Assembly (NCBI GenBank): GCA_049324475.1
Contig: JBMOOO010000012.1
Location: forward strand, 4,468-68,467
Origin: Pseudomonadota bacterium
GTDB lineage: Bacteria > Pseudomonadota > Gammaproteobacteria > Pseudomonadales > JADFDG01
Direction of reading: 5' to 3'
DNA: 64,000 bases
Shown: positions 1 through 7,930 of the stretch, in pieces
Position numbering within the stretch: the first letter of the stretch is position 1
Layout of the letters: each line of letters begins with the position of its first letter
The notes under the pieces: model-generated
Database searches by the model: none
What the model was told of the DNA's origin: nothing
Seen by the model: only the letters and a program-made list of their open reading frames with translations
Made by a program: the position numbers and the translations under genes

Positions 1-445
1 GCACTTCGTGAAGCAGGGCGAAGGCCACATCGTGAACACCGCCAGCGCCGCCGGCCTGATGGCGGTGCCGGGCCTCTCCGCCTACTCCACCGCCAAGTTC
101 GGCGTGGTGGGGCTTTCCGAAGGTTTCCGCTGGGAGCTGGCGCCGGAAGGCGTGGGCGTGACCGTGGTGTGCCCGGGCGTGATCGCCACCAACATCGGGC
201 GCGCCAGCGAGTACCGTGGCAAGTTCGCCAGGGCGCGCGAACGCGGCATCGACGGCATCGACAAGGGCGTGCCGCCGGAAAAGCTCGCGAAGAAAATCGT
301 GGCGGCCGTGCGCAACAACGAGTTCATGGTGCTGGCCGGCCGCGAGGCCTGGGCGATTGCCGCCATGAAACGGCTGCCCTCCGGCACCAGCGATCTGCTG
401 GGCCGCACCATCGCCCGCACGGGCATGAAGATGCTGGGCGGCTGA
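1..445 (+). CDS. SDR family oxidoreductase, 5'-truncated by the window edge
   Basis: GHIVNTASAAG, catalytic YSTAK (YxxxK) and VCPG motifs; the frame is open from the window start. Confidence 0.85.
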   Translation, partial: HFVKQGEGHIVNTASAAGLMAVPGLSAYSTAKFGVVGLSEGFRWELAPEGVGVTVVCPGVIATNIGRASEYRGKFARARERGIDGIDKGVPPEKLAKKIVAAVRNNEFMVLAGREAWAIAAMKRLPSGTSDLLGRTIARTGMKMLGG

Positions 446-497
446 GGCCGCTGCTTCAGGAATTCGCCAGGGCGGCCATCAGGTTCGCCTTGGCGAA

Positions 498-1865
498 TTA
501 CATCCCGGCGGCGATTTCCAGTTCGTCGATGGCCTTCTCGATGTAGTCGAGCAGGCGCTGCATGGACGGCAGCGTGCGCCGGCAGGCAATGAAGCCGAAT
601 TCCAGCGAATCGACGTAGCTGGTGACGGTGATGTTGAGCGCGAGGCGGTCCAGCACGATCGACACCGGGTACAGGCCGGAGAGGCGCGCGCCGTTCCAGT
701 ACAGCGGCTCTTTCGGGCCGGGCACGTTGGAAATCACCACGTTGAAGCTCTGCCACTTCGGGTTCATGCCGGTCAGCAGGTTGATCCCTGCCGGCGCCAG
801 CGTGATGGCGGTGTAGTTGACGATTTCCTCGGAACTCATGCGCGAGCAGCGGTCTTTCGCCTCGCGCACGGAGCCCATCACCACTTCCATGCGCCGGCTC
901 GGATCAGCCACGTGCGTGCCGAGGTTGGCCAGGATCATGGCGATCTGGTTGCCGCCGTCGCTGTCGTCGGCGCGTACCGACATCGGCACCATGGCGATCA
1001 GCGGCTGGTCCGGCAGCGCGCGCTGGCTGATCAGGTATTCGCGCAGCGCCGAGCCGCACACGGCCAGCACCACGTCGTTGAGCGTGCCGCCGAAGGCTTT
1101 CGCAATCGCCTTGAAGCGCGGCAGCGGGTACGACTGCGCGGCGAAACGCCGCGAGCCGGTGATGCGTTCGTTGAGGATGCTGTGCGGCGCCTGGAACACG
1201 GACACATAGGTGTCGTGCCTGCGCGCTTTCTGCACGCTCTTGTAGACCTCGCGCAGCACGTTCGGGATGGTGCCCAGCTGCTTGCCGGCGCCGGCGGTCT
1301 GTTGCGCCAGCTGGCTCACGGCGTCCACCGGCGACATCGCTTCCTTCTCGCGCTTGCGCGGTTTCTGTGCCCACACCGGCGGCAGGTCGCGTGCGTTCGG
1401 ATCGGTGGACAGCGAGCGTGCCATCAGCCGCATGGCGGCGATGCCGTCCACCATCGAGTGGTGGATCTTGCTGTACAGCGCGAAGCGGCGGTCGGAGAAA
1501 CCTTCGATCAGGTGTGCTTCCCACAGCGGCCGTTCGCGGTCCAGCAGCGCCGAGTGTTCGGCCGAGACCAGCGACAGCAGTTCCCGGATGCGGCCCGGGT
1601 GCGGCAGGGCCTCGTGACGGAAGTGGTGGTCGAGATCGAACTGGGAATCCTCGTCCCAGAACGACTGGCCGAGCTTGCTGACCAGCCGCTGGTTGAACGG
1701 CGGCGACGGCTTGTTGTACTCGCGCAGGATTTCCGCGAGTTCCTGCACATAGCTCTCGTCGGCGTCTTCCGGGAATTCGAACAGCTGCAGCCCGCCGACG
1801 TGCATGGGCTGCTGGCGGCGTTCCAGCCACAGGAACAGCTGATCGACAGGGCTGAGGGCTCTCAT
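498..1865 (-). CDS. Wax ester synthase / diacylglycerol acyltransferase (WS/DGAT)
   Basis: Catalytic HHSMVDG (HHxxxDG), PMHVG and NVVISNVPGP motifs; start moved to MRALSPVD (ATG 1865), which has an AGGA RBS. Confidence 0.93.
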   Translation of the reverse strand: MRALSPVDQLFLWLERRQQPMHVGGLQLFEFPEDADESYVQELAEILREYNKPSPPFNQRLVSKLGQSFWDEDSQFDLDHHFRHEALPHPGRIRELLSLVSAEHSALLDRERPLWEAHLIEGFSDRRFALYSKIHHSMVDGIAAMRLMARSLSTDPNARDLPPVWAQKPRKREKEAMSPVDAVSQLAQQTAGAGKQLGTIPNVLREVYKSVQKARRHDTYVSVFQAPHSILNERITGSRRFAAQSYPLPRFKAIAKAFGGTLNDVVLAVCGSALREYLISQRALPDQPLIAMVPMSVRADDSDGGNQIAMILANLGTHVADPSRRMEVVMGSVREAKDRCSRMSSEEIVNYTAITLAPAGINLLTGMNPKWQSFNVVISNVPGPKEPLYWNGARLSGLYPVSIVLDRLALNITVTSYVDSLEFGFIACRRTLPSMQRLLDYIEKAIDELEIAAGM

Positions 1866-2074
1866 GGCATTACATCCTTGGCGTGATTCCCGATCCTGGC
1901 CTGGCCTCCGCGGGCACGGTGGCGGGCCAGCGGCAATCATAGCGGCCGCACTCCGCGGCAGTCATGGCAGCCGGATCAATGTTTGCTGCCGGTCACGCCC
2001 GGGCCGGCCCTGCCGGTTTGCGCGAGGGGGGTACGGCCGTGCCGCCGGCGCACAATCCCCGTGGCCGGCAATGG

Positions 2075-3340
2075 TCAGAGCGCGTCGCCGAATGCCTCGC
2101 GGTACGGCCGCATGCCGTCGCGCAGTGCCGCCGGGTCGATGCCGAACTGCTCCGGCCGGTAGCGGTGGCCGCCGTGCTTGTCCTGGCGGTTGTCGGCCAG
2201 CCAGCGCTGCATGGCGGCGCGGCTGTGATCCGTGGTCTCCAGCCCGGCCGCGGCCAGGATGCGCCCGGCCATGGCCAGCGGGTCGGCGATGAGCTCGCGG
2301 TAATGCACGTCGAAAAAGGTCACGCCGCTGTTCGCCAGCCGTGCGCGTGCGGCCACGCTGCCGTTGAACCAGTCGGTGAGCGTGGCCACCTGCTGGCGGC
2401 CGACCTCCCGCGGGTCGACGGCGTCGCTGAACGTGCTGCGGAACACGCTGTACAGGCTGCAGGTGGAGGTCACGGTGTCCACCACGTCGCGGTGGGTATG
2501 GACGATCAGTGCGTCCGGATAGGCGGTGGCCAGCGCTTCCAGGTACGGCAGGTGGTAAGGCGCCTTGAGCAGCCAGCGCGGTGCGACTCCACCCCAGGTT
2601 GCGCGTTCGTTGCGCACGCGGTGGTCGAGCAACTGCAGCTGCTGCCGGTGGCGCAGGTACGACTCGCGGAAATCTTCCTGCGCCAGCAGCGCGCTGTACG
2701 AGGGCGTGTTCAGGCACGACATCAGCGCCGGGTTGCGCAGGTCGGTGCCCATCATCAGCACGCACTCCTCCGGGCCGTCGGCCTCGGAGTAATGCACGCC
2801 CTTCATGGACGGGTTGAGCATGTGCAGCATCTTCTGGCCGGTGTCGACCCGGTTGCGCAGCAGCGCGCGTTCCTCGTCGGTGCCGAAGGCGAAGGTGCGG
2901 GTCGACGACATCTGCCACAGCAGCGGTGTGCGCAGCCGCAGGTCGCTGCCCAGCAGTCGCTGCAGCAGCGTGGTGCCGGTGCGCGAGCCGCCGACGATGA
3001 AGATCGGCCGCTCGATCGGCACGGCGAACACATCCGGATGCGTGCTCAGCGCGTCCTGCAGCTCCAGCCGGCCGCGCAGCATGTCCACCGGCATGCCCAG
3101 GCCGGCGGCGCCCAGCCCCAGCGGGTTCAGCTGCGCTTCGTCATTGATGCTGGCCACCAGCACGTCCAGCCGCGTGCGCCAGCCGTCGCTGTCGCTGCCG
3201 AAATCGCTGAGCCCGGTCTTTTTGATCGCGCTGTCGATCACCTGCTGTGCACTGATCGAGGTGAAACGCGCTTTGGCGGCGGCCTGCGCGTACAGCATCT
3301 GCGCCAGCTCGCTGCGCGGTTCCGGTTGCCAGTGCGTCAT
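2075..3340 (-). CDS. Sulfotransferase family protein
   Basis: PIFIVGGSRTGTT PAPS-binding loop, WLLKAPYH, IVHTHRD and C-terminal HRY..EQFG. Confidence 0.85.
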   Translation of the reverse strand: MTHWQPEPRSELAQMLYAQAAAKARFTSISAQQVIDSAIKKTGLSDFGSDSDGWRTRLDVLVASINDEAQLNPLGLGAAGLGMPVDMLRGRLELQDALSTHPDVFAVPIERPIFIVGGSRTGTTLLQRLLGSDLRLRTPLLWQMSSTRTFAFGTDEERALLRNRVDTGQKMLHMLNPSMKGVHYSEADGPEECVLMMGTDLRNPALMSCLNTPSYSALLAQEDFRESYLRHRQQLQLLDHRVRNERATWGGVAPRWLLKAPYHLPYLEALATAYPDALIVHTHRDVVDTVTSTCSLYSVFRSTFSDAVDPREVGRQQVATLTDWFNGSVAARARLANSGVTFFDVHYRELIADPLAMAGRILAAAGLETTDHSRAAMQRWLADNRQDKHGGHRYRPEQFGIDPAALRDGMRPYREAFGDAL

Positions 3341-4443
3341 GGGCCCGGGGCCTCATGGAACGGCGCGGTCGCCGCGGCCGGCAGCGCCGGCTTCGACGCG
3401 GCACCGGTCACGCGGATCACGAACAGGCCGGCGGGCCGGCCTTCGGTGTCCAGCCAGTTGGCGGCGCCGGCGGGCTTGCGGTGGGCAATGGCGATTTCGT
3501 ATTCACCATTGGCACTGGTCTGCAGCCGCGCGCCGGTGAGCGAGGTGCGGCGGTAGCGGTGTTCCAGCGAATTGAGCACGGGGCTGTACAGCACGATGTT
3601 CCAGTGCCGGCAGTCCGGCAGCTGTCCGCGGATCACCAGCTGGCGATCGTTTTCCAGCTGCCAGGCGCCGATGAAGTAGTCGATGTCGTTGCTGGTGAAG
3701 AACGCGCCGTTCTGCATCTCGGTCCAGACGCGCACACTGTTCGCCGGATGCTGGCCGGTTTGCATGCGGTACGCACCGAACATCATCTGCGTCAGCAGCG
3801 GCAGCCCGCGCGCGATGCGCTTCATGCCGCCGGTCACGGCCTCCACGCTCACCGCGGGCGGCGGCGCAGCCGGCGCCAGATTCTCGATCATGAACCAGCC
3901 CGGCGCCTCGTGATCGATGTCGTTGAACAGCTGCCGTATCCACAGCTGCCCGGTGCCGGGCGCGAGCGTGAGGTGCGCGGGGTCGCTGCTTTGCTGCGTC
4001 GACAGTGGCGCCGACAGCGTCAGCGAGAACGAGCCGTCGGCCTGCACCGGAATCTCGCGATCTGTGCGCACGGCCACGGCCTTGGTCGCCAGCCCGTCGC
4101 CCTTGCCCTCGTACAGGGTGAACGAGGTATAGCAGGCGGCGCCGAGATTGCCCCACAGACGGTAGCGCTGCGTGTCGTCCAGCGGACAGTGCACGGTGAT
4201 GCCGTCGGGATTGTCGATGAACCATTTCTGGTTCGGCGGATTCACGTGCACCGGCAGCGGATAGCGGCCGTCGGCTTCGGCCTTGCCGAGGTTGGCGGTC
4301 AGCGCGCGCATCACCGCGCGGTAGGCATCGGCGCGCTCGGCCTCGCTCTTGCCGGCGAGCTGCGCTTCCACCGCGTCGCCGGCCTGTTTCAGGCCGTCGA
4401 GCATGCGTTGCCAGTTTTTTCTCAGCGCGTCGTCGTCGGCCAT
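3337..4443 (-). CDS. DUF1214-domain-like protein, a typical sulfotransferase partner
   Basis: DNPD motif, DGSFSLTLS and NWLDTEGR; start MADDDALRK (ATG 4443); its stop overlaps the sulfotransferase start. Confidence 0.7.
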   Translation of the reverse strand: MADDDALRKNWQRMLDGLKQAGDAVEAQLAGKSEAERADAYRAVMRALTANLGKAEADGRYPLPVHVNPPNQKWFIDNPDGITVHCPLDDTQRYRLWGNLGAACYTSFTLYEGKGDGLATKAVAVRTDREIPVQADGSFSLTLSAPLSTQQSSDPAHLTLAPGTGQLWIRQLFNDIDHEAPGWFMIENLAPAAPPPAVSVEAVTGGMKRIARGLPLLTQMMFGAYRMQTGQHPANSVRVWTEMQNGAFFTSNDIDYFIGAWQLENDRQLVIRGQLPDCRHWNIVLYSPVLNSLEHRYRRTSLTGARLQTSANGEYEIAIAHRKPAGAANWLDTEGRPAGLFVIRVTGAASKPALPAAATAPFHEAPGP

Positions 4444-4456
4444 GAAACAGCAGCTC

Positions 4457-5152
4457 CTACCGCCGCATCCACAGCAGCCAGGCGCTGACCACGCCCGACC
4501 AGCCGACCCACGATGCTGCCACCGCGTGGATGCCGATCCAGCCGTTGCCGACGTTGAACGGGCCTTCCAGCGTGAAGGCGCCGAAGATCGGCAGCACCGA
4601 ACCCGCGGCACACAGCACGGTGAACCACGCCAGCCAGCGCGGCAGGAAGCCGGTGCGGAAAGCGACGATCGCCATCGGGATGAAGAACGCCGGGCCGCAG
4701 GTGGCCGTGGTGACACCCGTCAGCAGCGAGGCGGTGTGCATCAGGTAGATGGCGTCGGTGGATATGCCCTTGTCCATCAGCATCGCCGGTGCCAGCACGA
4801 AAGCCAGCGCACAGGCGAAGACGGTGGTGAAGGCGACGCCTCCGAAGAATGCGATCCAGGTCAGCTGCCCGCCCGAGCGGGCATCGGTTTTTTCGGCGGT
4901 TCGCAGCCAGGCGGTGGCCACGCCCAGCCACCAGTAGGTGAAGAAAAAGGCAATGGTCACCAGCGTGCAGGCAATCTCGCCGGCCAGCGTGCCGCGTGCC
5001 CGGTACCAGGCCATCACGTCCTCGCCGTTGGTGAGGTCGGGCATGCCCTGCATGCCGAACACATAGCCGGCCGACATGAAAAGCATCAGCAGCAGGCCGC
5101 TGGCGGCATCGAAGCGCGTCATCGGAATCTGCAATCGGGTGGCGGCAGTCAT
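4457..5152 (-). CDS. Multi-pass membrane protein of unknown function
   Basis: About 6 hydrophobic segments and LPRWLAW; ATG 5152 overlaps the upstream stop (ATGA). Confidence 0.7.
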   Translation of the reverse strand: MTAATRLQIPMTRFDAASGLLLMLFMSAGYVFGMQGMPDLTNGEDVMAWYRARGTLAGEIACTLVTIAFFFTYWWLGVATAWLRTAEKTDARSGGQLTWIAFFGGVAFTTVFACALAFVLAPAMLMDKGISTDAIYLMHTASLLTGVTTATCGPAFFIPMAIVAFRTGFLPRWLAWFTVLCAAGSVLPIFGAFTLEGPFNVGNGWIGIHAVAASWVGWSGVVSAWLLWMRR

Positions 5153-5940
5153 TGCGCGGGCTCCTTCAGGTAATCGATCAGGGTGGTGTTGCCCAACGGC
5201 GTCATGTCCATCATGCAGCGCGTGGTCATGTTGATCTTGCGGACCGGCAGCACGATGCCGGAGTCGAGGCGGATCTCGTTGTTGTCGAACGTCACCTGCA
5301 CCTGGGCCATCGACGTCATCTGCGTCGAGCCGTCCAGCTGGTTGAGCTTGAGCAGGTCGGCGCACTCGCCTTCCACCGGGCTCGGGATGTACTTGAGCAC
5401 GAACGAAGAGCCCGACAGCGGCGGCATCGGCACCGGCACCAGCGGCGCGTCGGTGATGCGCAGGCCCAGCACGTCGGCGCCGCGGCGGCCGACGCGGATG
5501 TGTTTTTCGTTGCCCTTCACGAATTCCTGCCAGGTGCAGACGCGTTTCGGATAGCCGGGCACCATCAGGCCGAGGATGGTCGGGTCGGCCACACTCTGCG
5601 GCTCGCGGTCGGCCAGCCACAGCGAGACCATGTACAGGCCCTTCACTTCGCTGCCGTCCGGCTTTCTGTATTTCGCGTTCACGCCCAGCACGATCTCGTT
5701 GTAGCCGGCGAAGGTTTCCTGCGGCGTTTCCACGCCGCCGAAGTACTGCGCCACCACGAGCCCCATGTTGCCGCTCCTGTTGGGGATCAGCGGCTCCGGC
5801 ACCAGCGAGGCCACCAGATCCGGATCGGACTGGAACATCACCTGGTAGGAATGCACGTTGTTGAATTTGTAAGGCCCGTGGTTCAGCGCGTTGAGCGTGT
5901 CCGCGGGCACCTTGATGGGGAAATCCTTCATGGCGGTCAT
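5149..5940 (-). CDS. Acetoacetate decarboxylase-like family protein
   Basis: DPDLVASLVPEPL, GYNE and GYPK (position of the Schiff-base Lys); ATGA overlaps at both ends. Confidence 0.75.
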   Translation of the reverse strand: MTAMKDFPIKVPADTLNALNHGPYKFNNVHSYQVMFQSDPDLVASLVPEPLIPNRSGNMGLVVAQYFGGVETPQETFAGYNEIVLGVNAKYRKPDGSEVKGLYMVSLWLADREPQSVADPTILGLMVPGYPKRVCTWQEFVKGNEKHIRVGRRGADVLGLRITDAPLVPVPMPPLSGSSFVLKYIPSPVEGECADLLKLNQLDGSTQMTSMAQVQVTFDNNEIRLDSGIVLPVRKINMTTRCMMDMTPLGNTTLIDYLKEPAQ

Positions 5941-6989
5941 ACCCTGATGAGTACCTTGAGAACGGTGTCCTGTCCGGTGTTGAAGAGCTCGAAGGCCTGG
6001 GCGCCGTCGCGCAGCGCGAATTCGTGGGTGAACATGCCCTCGCCGCGGATCCTGCCGGCCTGCACCAGCGGCACCAGCTGCGGCCAGGAATCGGCGACGC
6101 CGGCGACGCCGGCAAAGATCGTCAGCGATTTCAGTTGCGCGGCCATCAGCGAGGTCTGCATGCCCCGCTCCAGCACGCCGAGGATGGCGAGGTTGCCGCC
6201 GGCCGCGGCGATGCGGATGGCCTGCTTCACGGTTTCTTCCTTGCCGACTGCCTCGATCACGCAGTCGACGCCGAGGCCTTTCGTGTCCTGCAGGATGCGG
6301 TCCCCCGCTTCTTCCGGCGCCAGCGCGACAGCACCGAGCTCTGCCGCTTTCGCGCGGCGGAACGCCGACGGGTCGATCGCATACACGCGCTCCGCACCCA
6401 GCGCGAACGCCGATTCCATCGCGGTCTTGCCGATCGGCCCCTGGCCGATCACGGCCACGCGGCTGCCCGGTTGCACATTGGCCTTCACCGCGCCGAGAAA
6501 GCCGGTGGCCAGCGAATCGGTGAGCAGCAGCGCCTGCTCGTCGCTGACGCCGTCGGGGATGGTCAGTGCCGAGAGATCGGCTTCCTTCACCAGTGCGTAT
6601 TCGGCCTGCAGGCCCTGCAGCAGCGGGCTGAAGCCGTAGGGCAGCACGGTCTTCGCCTCGCACAGGCTGAACTCGCCGCGCAGGCAGCGCCGGCACTTGC
6701 CGCAGCCGACGCCACCGGCCAGCAGCACGCGGTCGCCGACCTTGTGCTTTTTCACCGCCGAGCCGGTTTCGACCACTTCGCCGATGCCTTCGTGGCCCAC
6801 GCAGAAATTCATCTTCACCTGGCTGTAGTCCAGCGGCCCCAGCTTCTTGCCGTTGTACATGTGCAGGTCGGAACCGCAGATCGAGCATTTCTCGACGCGG
6901 ATGACCAGGTCGCGCTCGCCGGTGAGTTTCGGTTCCGCGAAGTCGTCGTAGCGGAAATCGCGGGCGCCGTGGAAAACCATTGCCTTCAT
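5937..6989 (-). CDS. Zn-dependent alcohol dehydrogenase (MDR family)
   Basis: ICGSDLH, GHE, CGKCRRC..C structural Zn site and GQGPIG. Confidence 0.92.
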   Translation of the reverse strand: MKAMVFHGARDFRYDDFAEPKLTGERDLVIRVEKCSICGSDLHMYNGKKLGPLDYSQVKMNFCVGHEGIGEVVETGSAVKKHKVGDRVLLAGGVGCGKCRRCLRGEFSLCEAKTVLPYGFSPLLQGLQAEYALVKEADLSALTIPDGVSDEQALLLTDSLATGFLGAVKANVQPGSRVAVIGQGPIGKTAMESAFALGAERVYAIDPSAFRRAKAAELGAVALAPEEAGDRILQDTKGLGVDCVIEAVGKEETVKQAIRIAAAGGNLAILGVLERGMQTSLMAAQLKSLTIFAGVAGVADSWPQLVPLVQAGRIRGEGMFTHEFALRDGAQAFELFNTGQDTVLKVLIRV

Positions 6990-6999
6990 GACGACAACC

Positions 7000-7677
7000 T
7001 CACAGCCCGCGCGCGGTCAGCGCGCGATCGATGGCCTGCGCGGTGCAGGGCACCTGCAGATAGGAAAGGATCGAGCGCAGCAGCTCGCGCACGAACAGGG
7101 CGTCGTCCATGGCGCCGTCACCGACTTCCAGCCGGCCCGCTTCCAGCCGCGCCGACAGCATGGCCACGGCCTGGCGCAGCGCGAAATCGACGGCGAGCTC
7201 CGGTTGCGGATGACCGATCTCGTCGGCGCGCTGCAGGAACATGTCGCGCAGGCGCGCGAACACCCGGCCGCGCAGTTCGACCAGATGCGCGGCGTAGAAG
7301 TCGTCGGCCAGCGCCTTGGCGTAGCTGGACTGCAGCAGCGGCTGGTGGGTGCGGATGAAGCGCCAGACCAGTGCCGTGATGTCCGCCACCAGCGGCACGA
7401 AGCTGCGGGCCGGTTTCGGCGCCGGTGCCAGGTCGAGCATCTGCAGGGCATTGCCGGTGAAGCGGGCGAAGGCCTCCCTGAGCAGGCCTTCCTTGTCGCC
7501 GAAGCGACGGTAGATGGTGGCCGGGGCCACGCCGGCGGCGGCGGCGATGTCACCCACGGTCACGGCCTCGACCCCGCGCGCCAGGAACAGGCCCAGCGCG
7601 GCGTCCAGCAGGGTTTGCTCGGTGCGGCGGCTGCGGTCCTGCCGGGGGGTGGGCCGGGCGGGGGCGGGTCGGGTCAT
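7000..7677 (-). CDS. TetR/AcrR family transcriptional regulator
   Basis: HTH TVGDIAAAAGVAPATIYRRFGDKEGL; ATG 7677 chosen; first gene of the operon. Confidence 0.9.
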   Translation of the reverse strand: MTRPAPARPTPRQDRSRRTEQTLLDAALGLFLARGVEAVTVGDIAAAAGVAPATIYRRFGDKEGLLREAFARFTGNALQMLDLAPAPKPARSFVPLVADITALVWRFIRTHQPLLQSSYAKALADDFYAAHLVELRGRVFARLRDMFLQRADEIGHPQPELAVDFALRQAVAMLSARLEAGRLEVGDGAMDDALFVRELLRSILSYLQVPCTAQAIDRALTARGL

Positions 7678-7723
7678 GGCGGGGGTCCGGCAAGGGCGTG
7701 TGCCGGGATTCAACCCGAACCGG

Positions 7724-7755
7724 CCTGAAATGTAAATTCAGATTCACATTTCAGG
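7724..7755. promoter_or_regulatory. AT-rich inverted repeat, probable TetR operator
   Basis: CCTGAAATGTAAAT-TCAG-ATTCACATTTCAGG: 14-bp arms with 13/14 complementary, ~47 bp upstream of tetR. Confidence 0.7.
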
Positions 7756-7930
7756 GTGTGTCCGCCCCTGAGCCGACCGCGCCGCGTTGACGACCCGGCC
7801 GGCCGGCTGGTGATATGCGGGGCCGGCGCTGCAGGGGCGCGGCCATCGCCGCGCCCGCTGCATCACGCCCGGGAAAGACCGCTTACCCGCCGCCGCCGCG
7901 GCATCACCGGCAGGATGTTCCGGAGGCTTC

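Noticed and set aside
3337-6888. Long N-terminal extensions in the ORF track (starts 4716, 6115, 6888)
   Set aside because: They overlap upstream genes in other frames; internal ATGs with stop/start overlaps or RBS explain the operon better.
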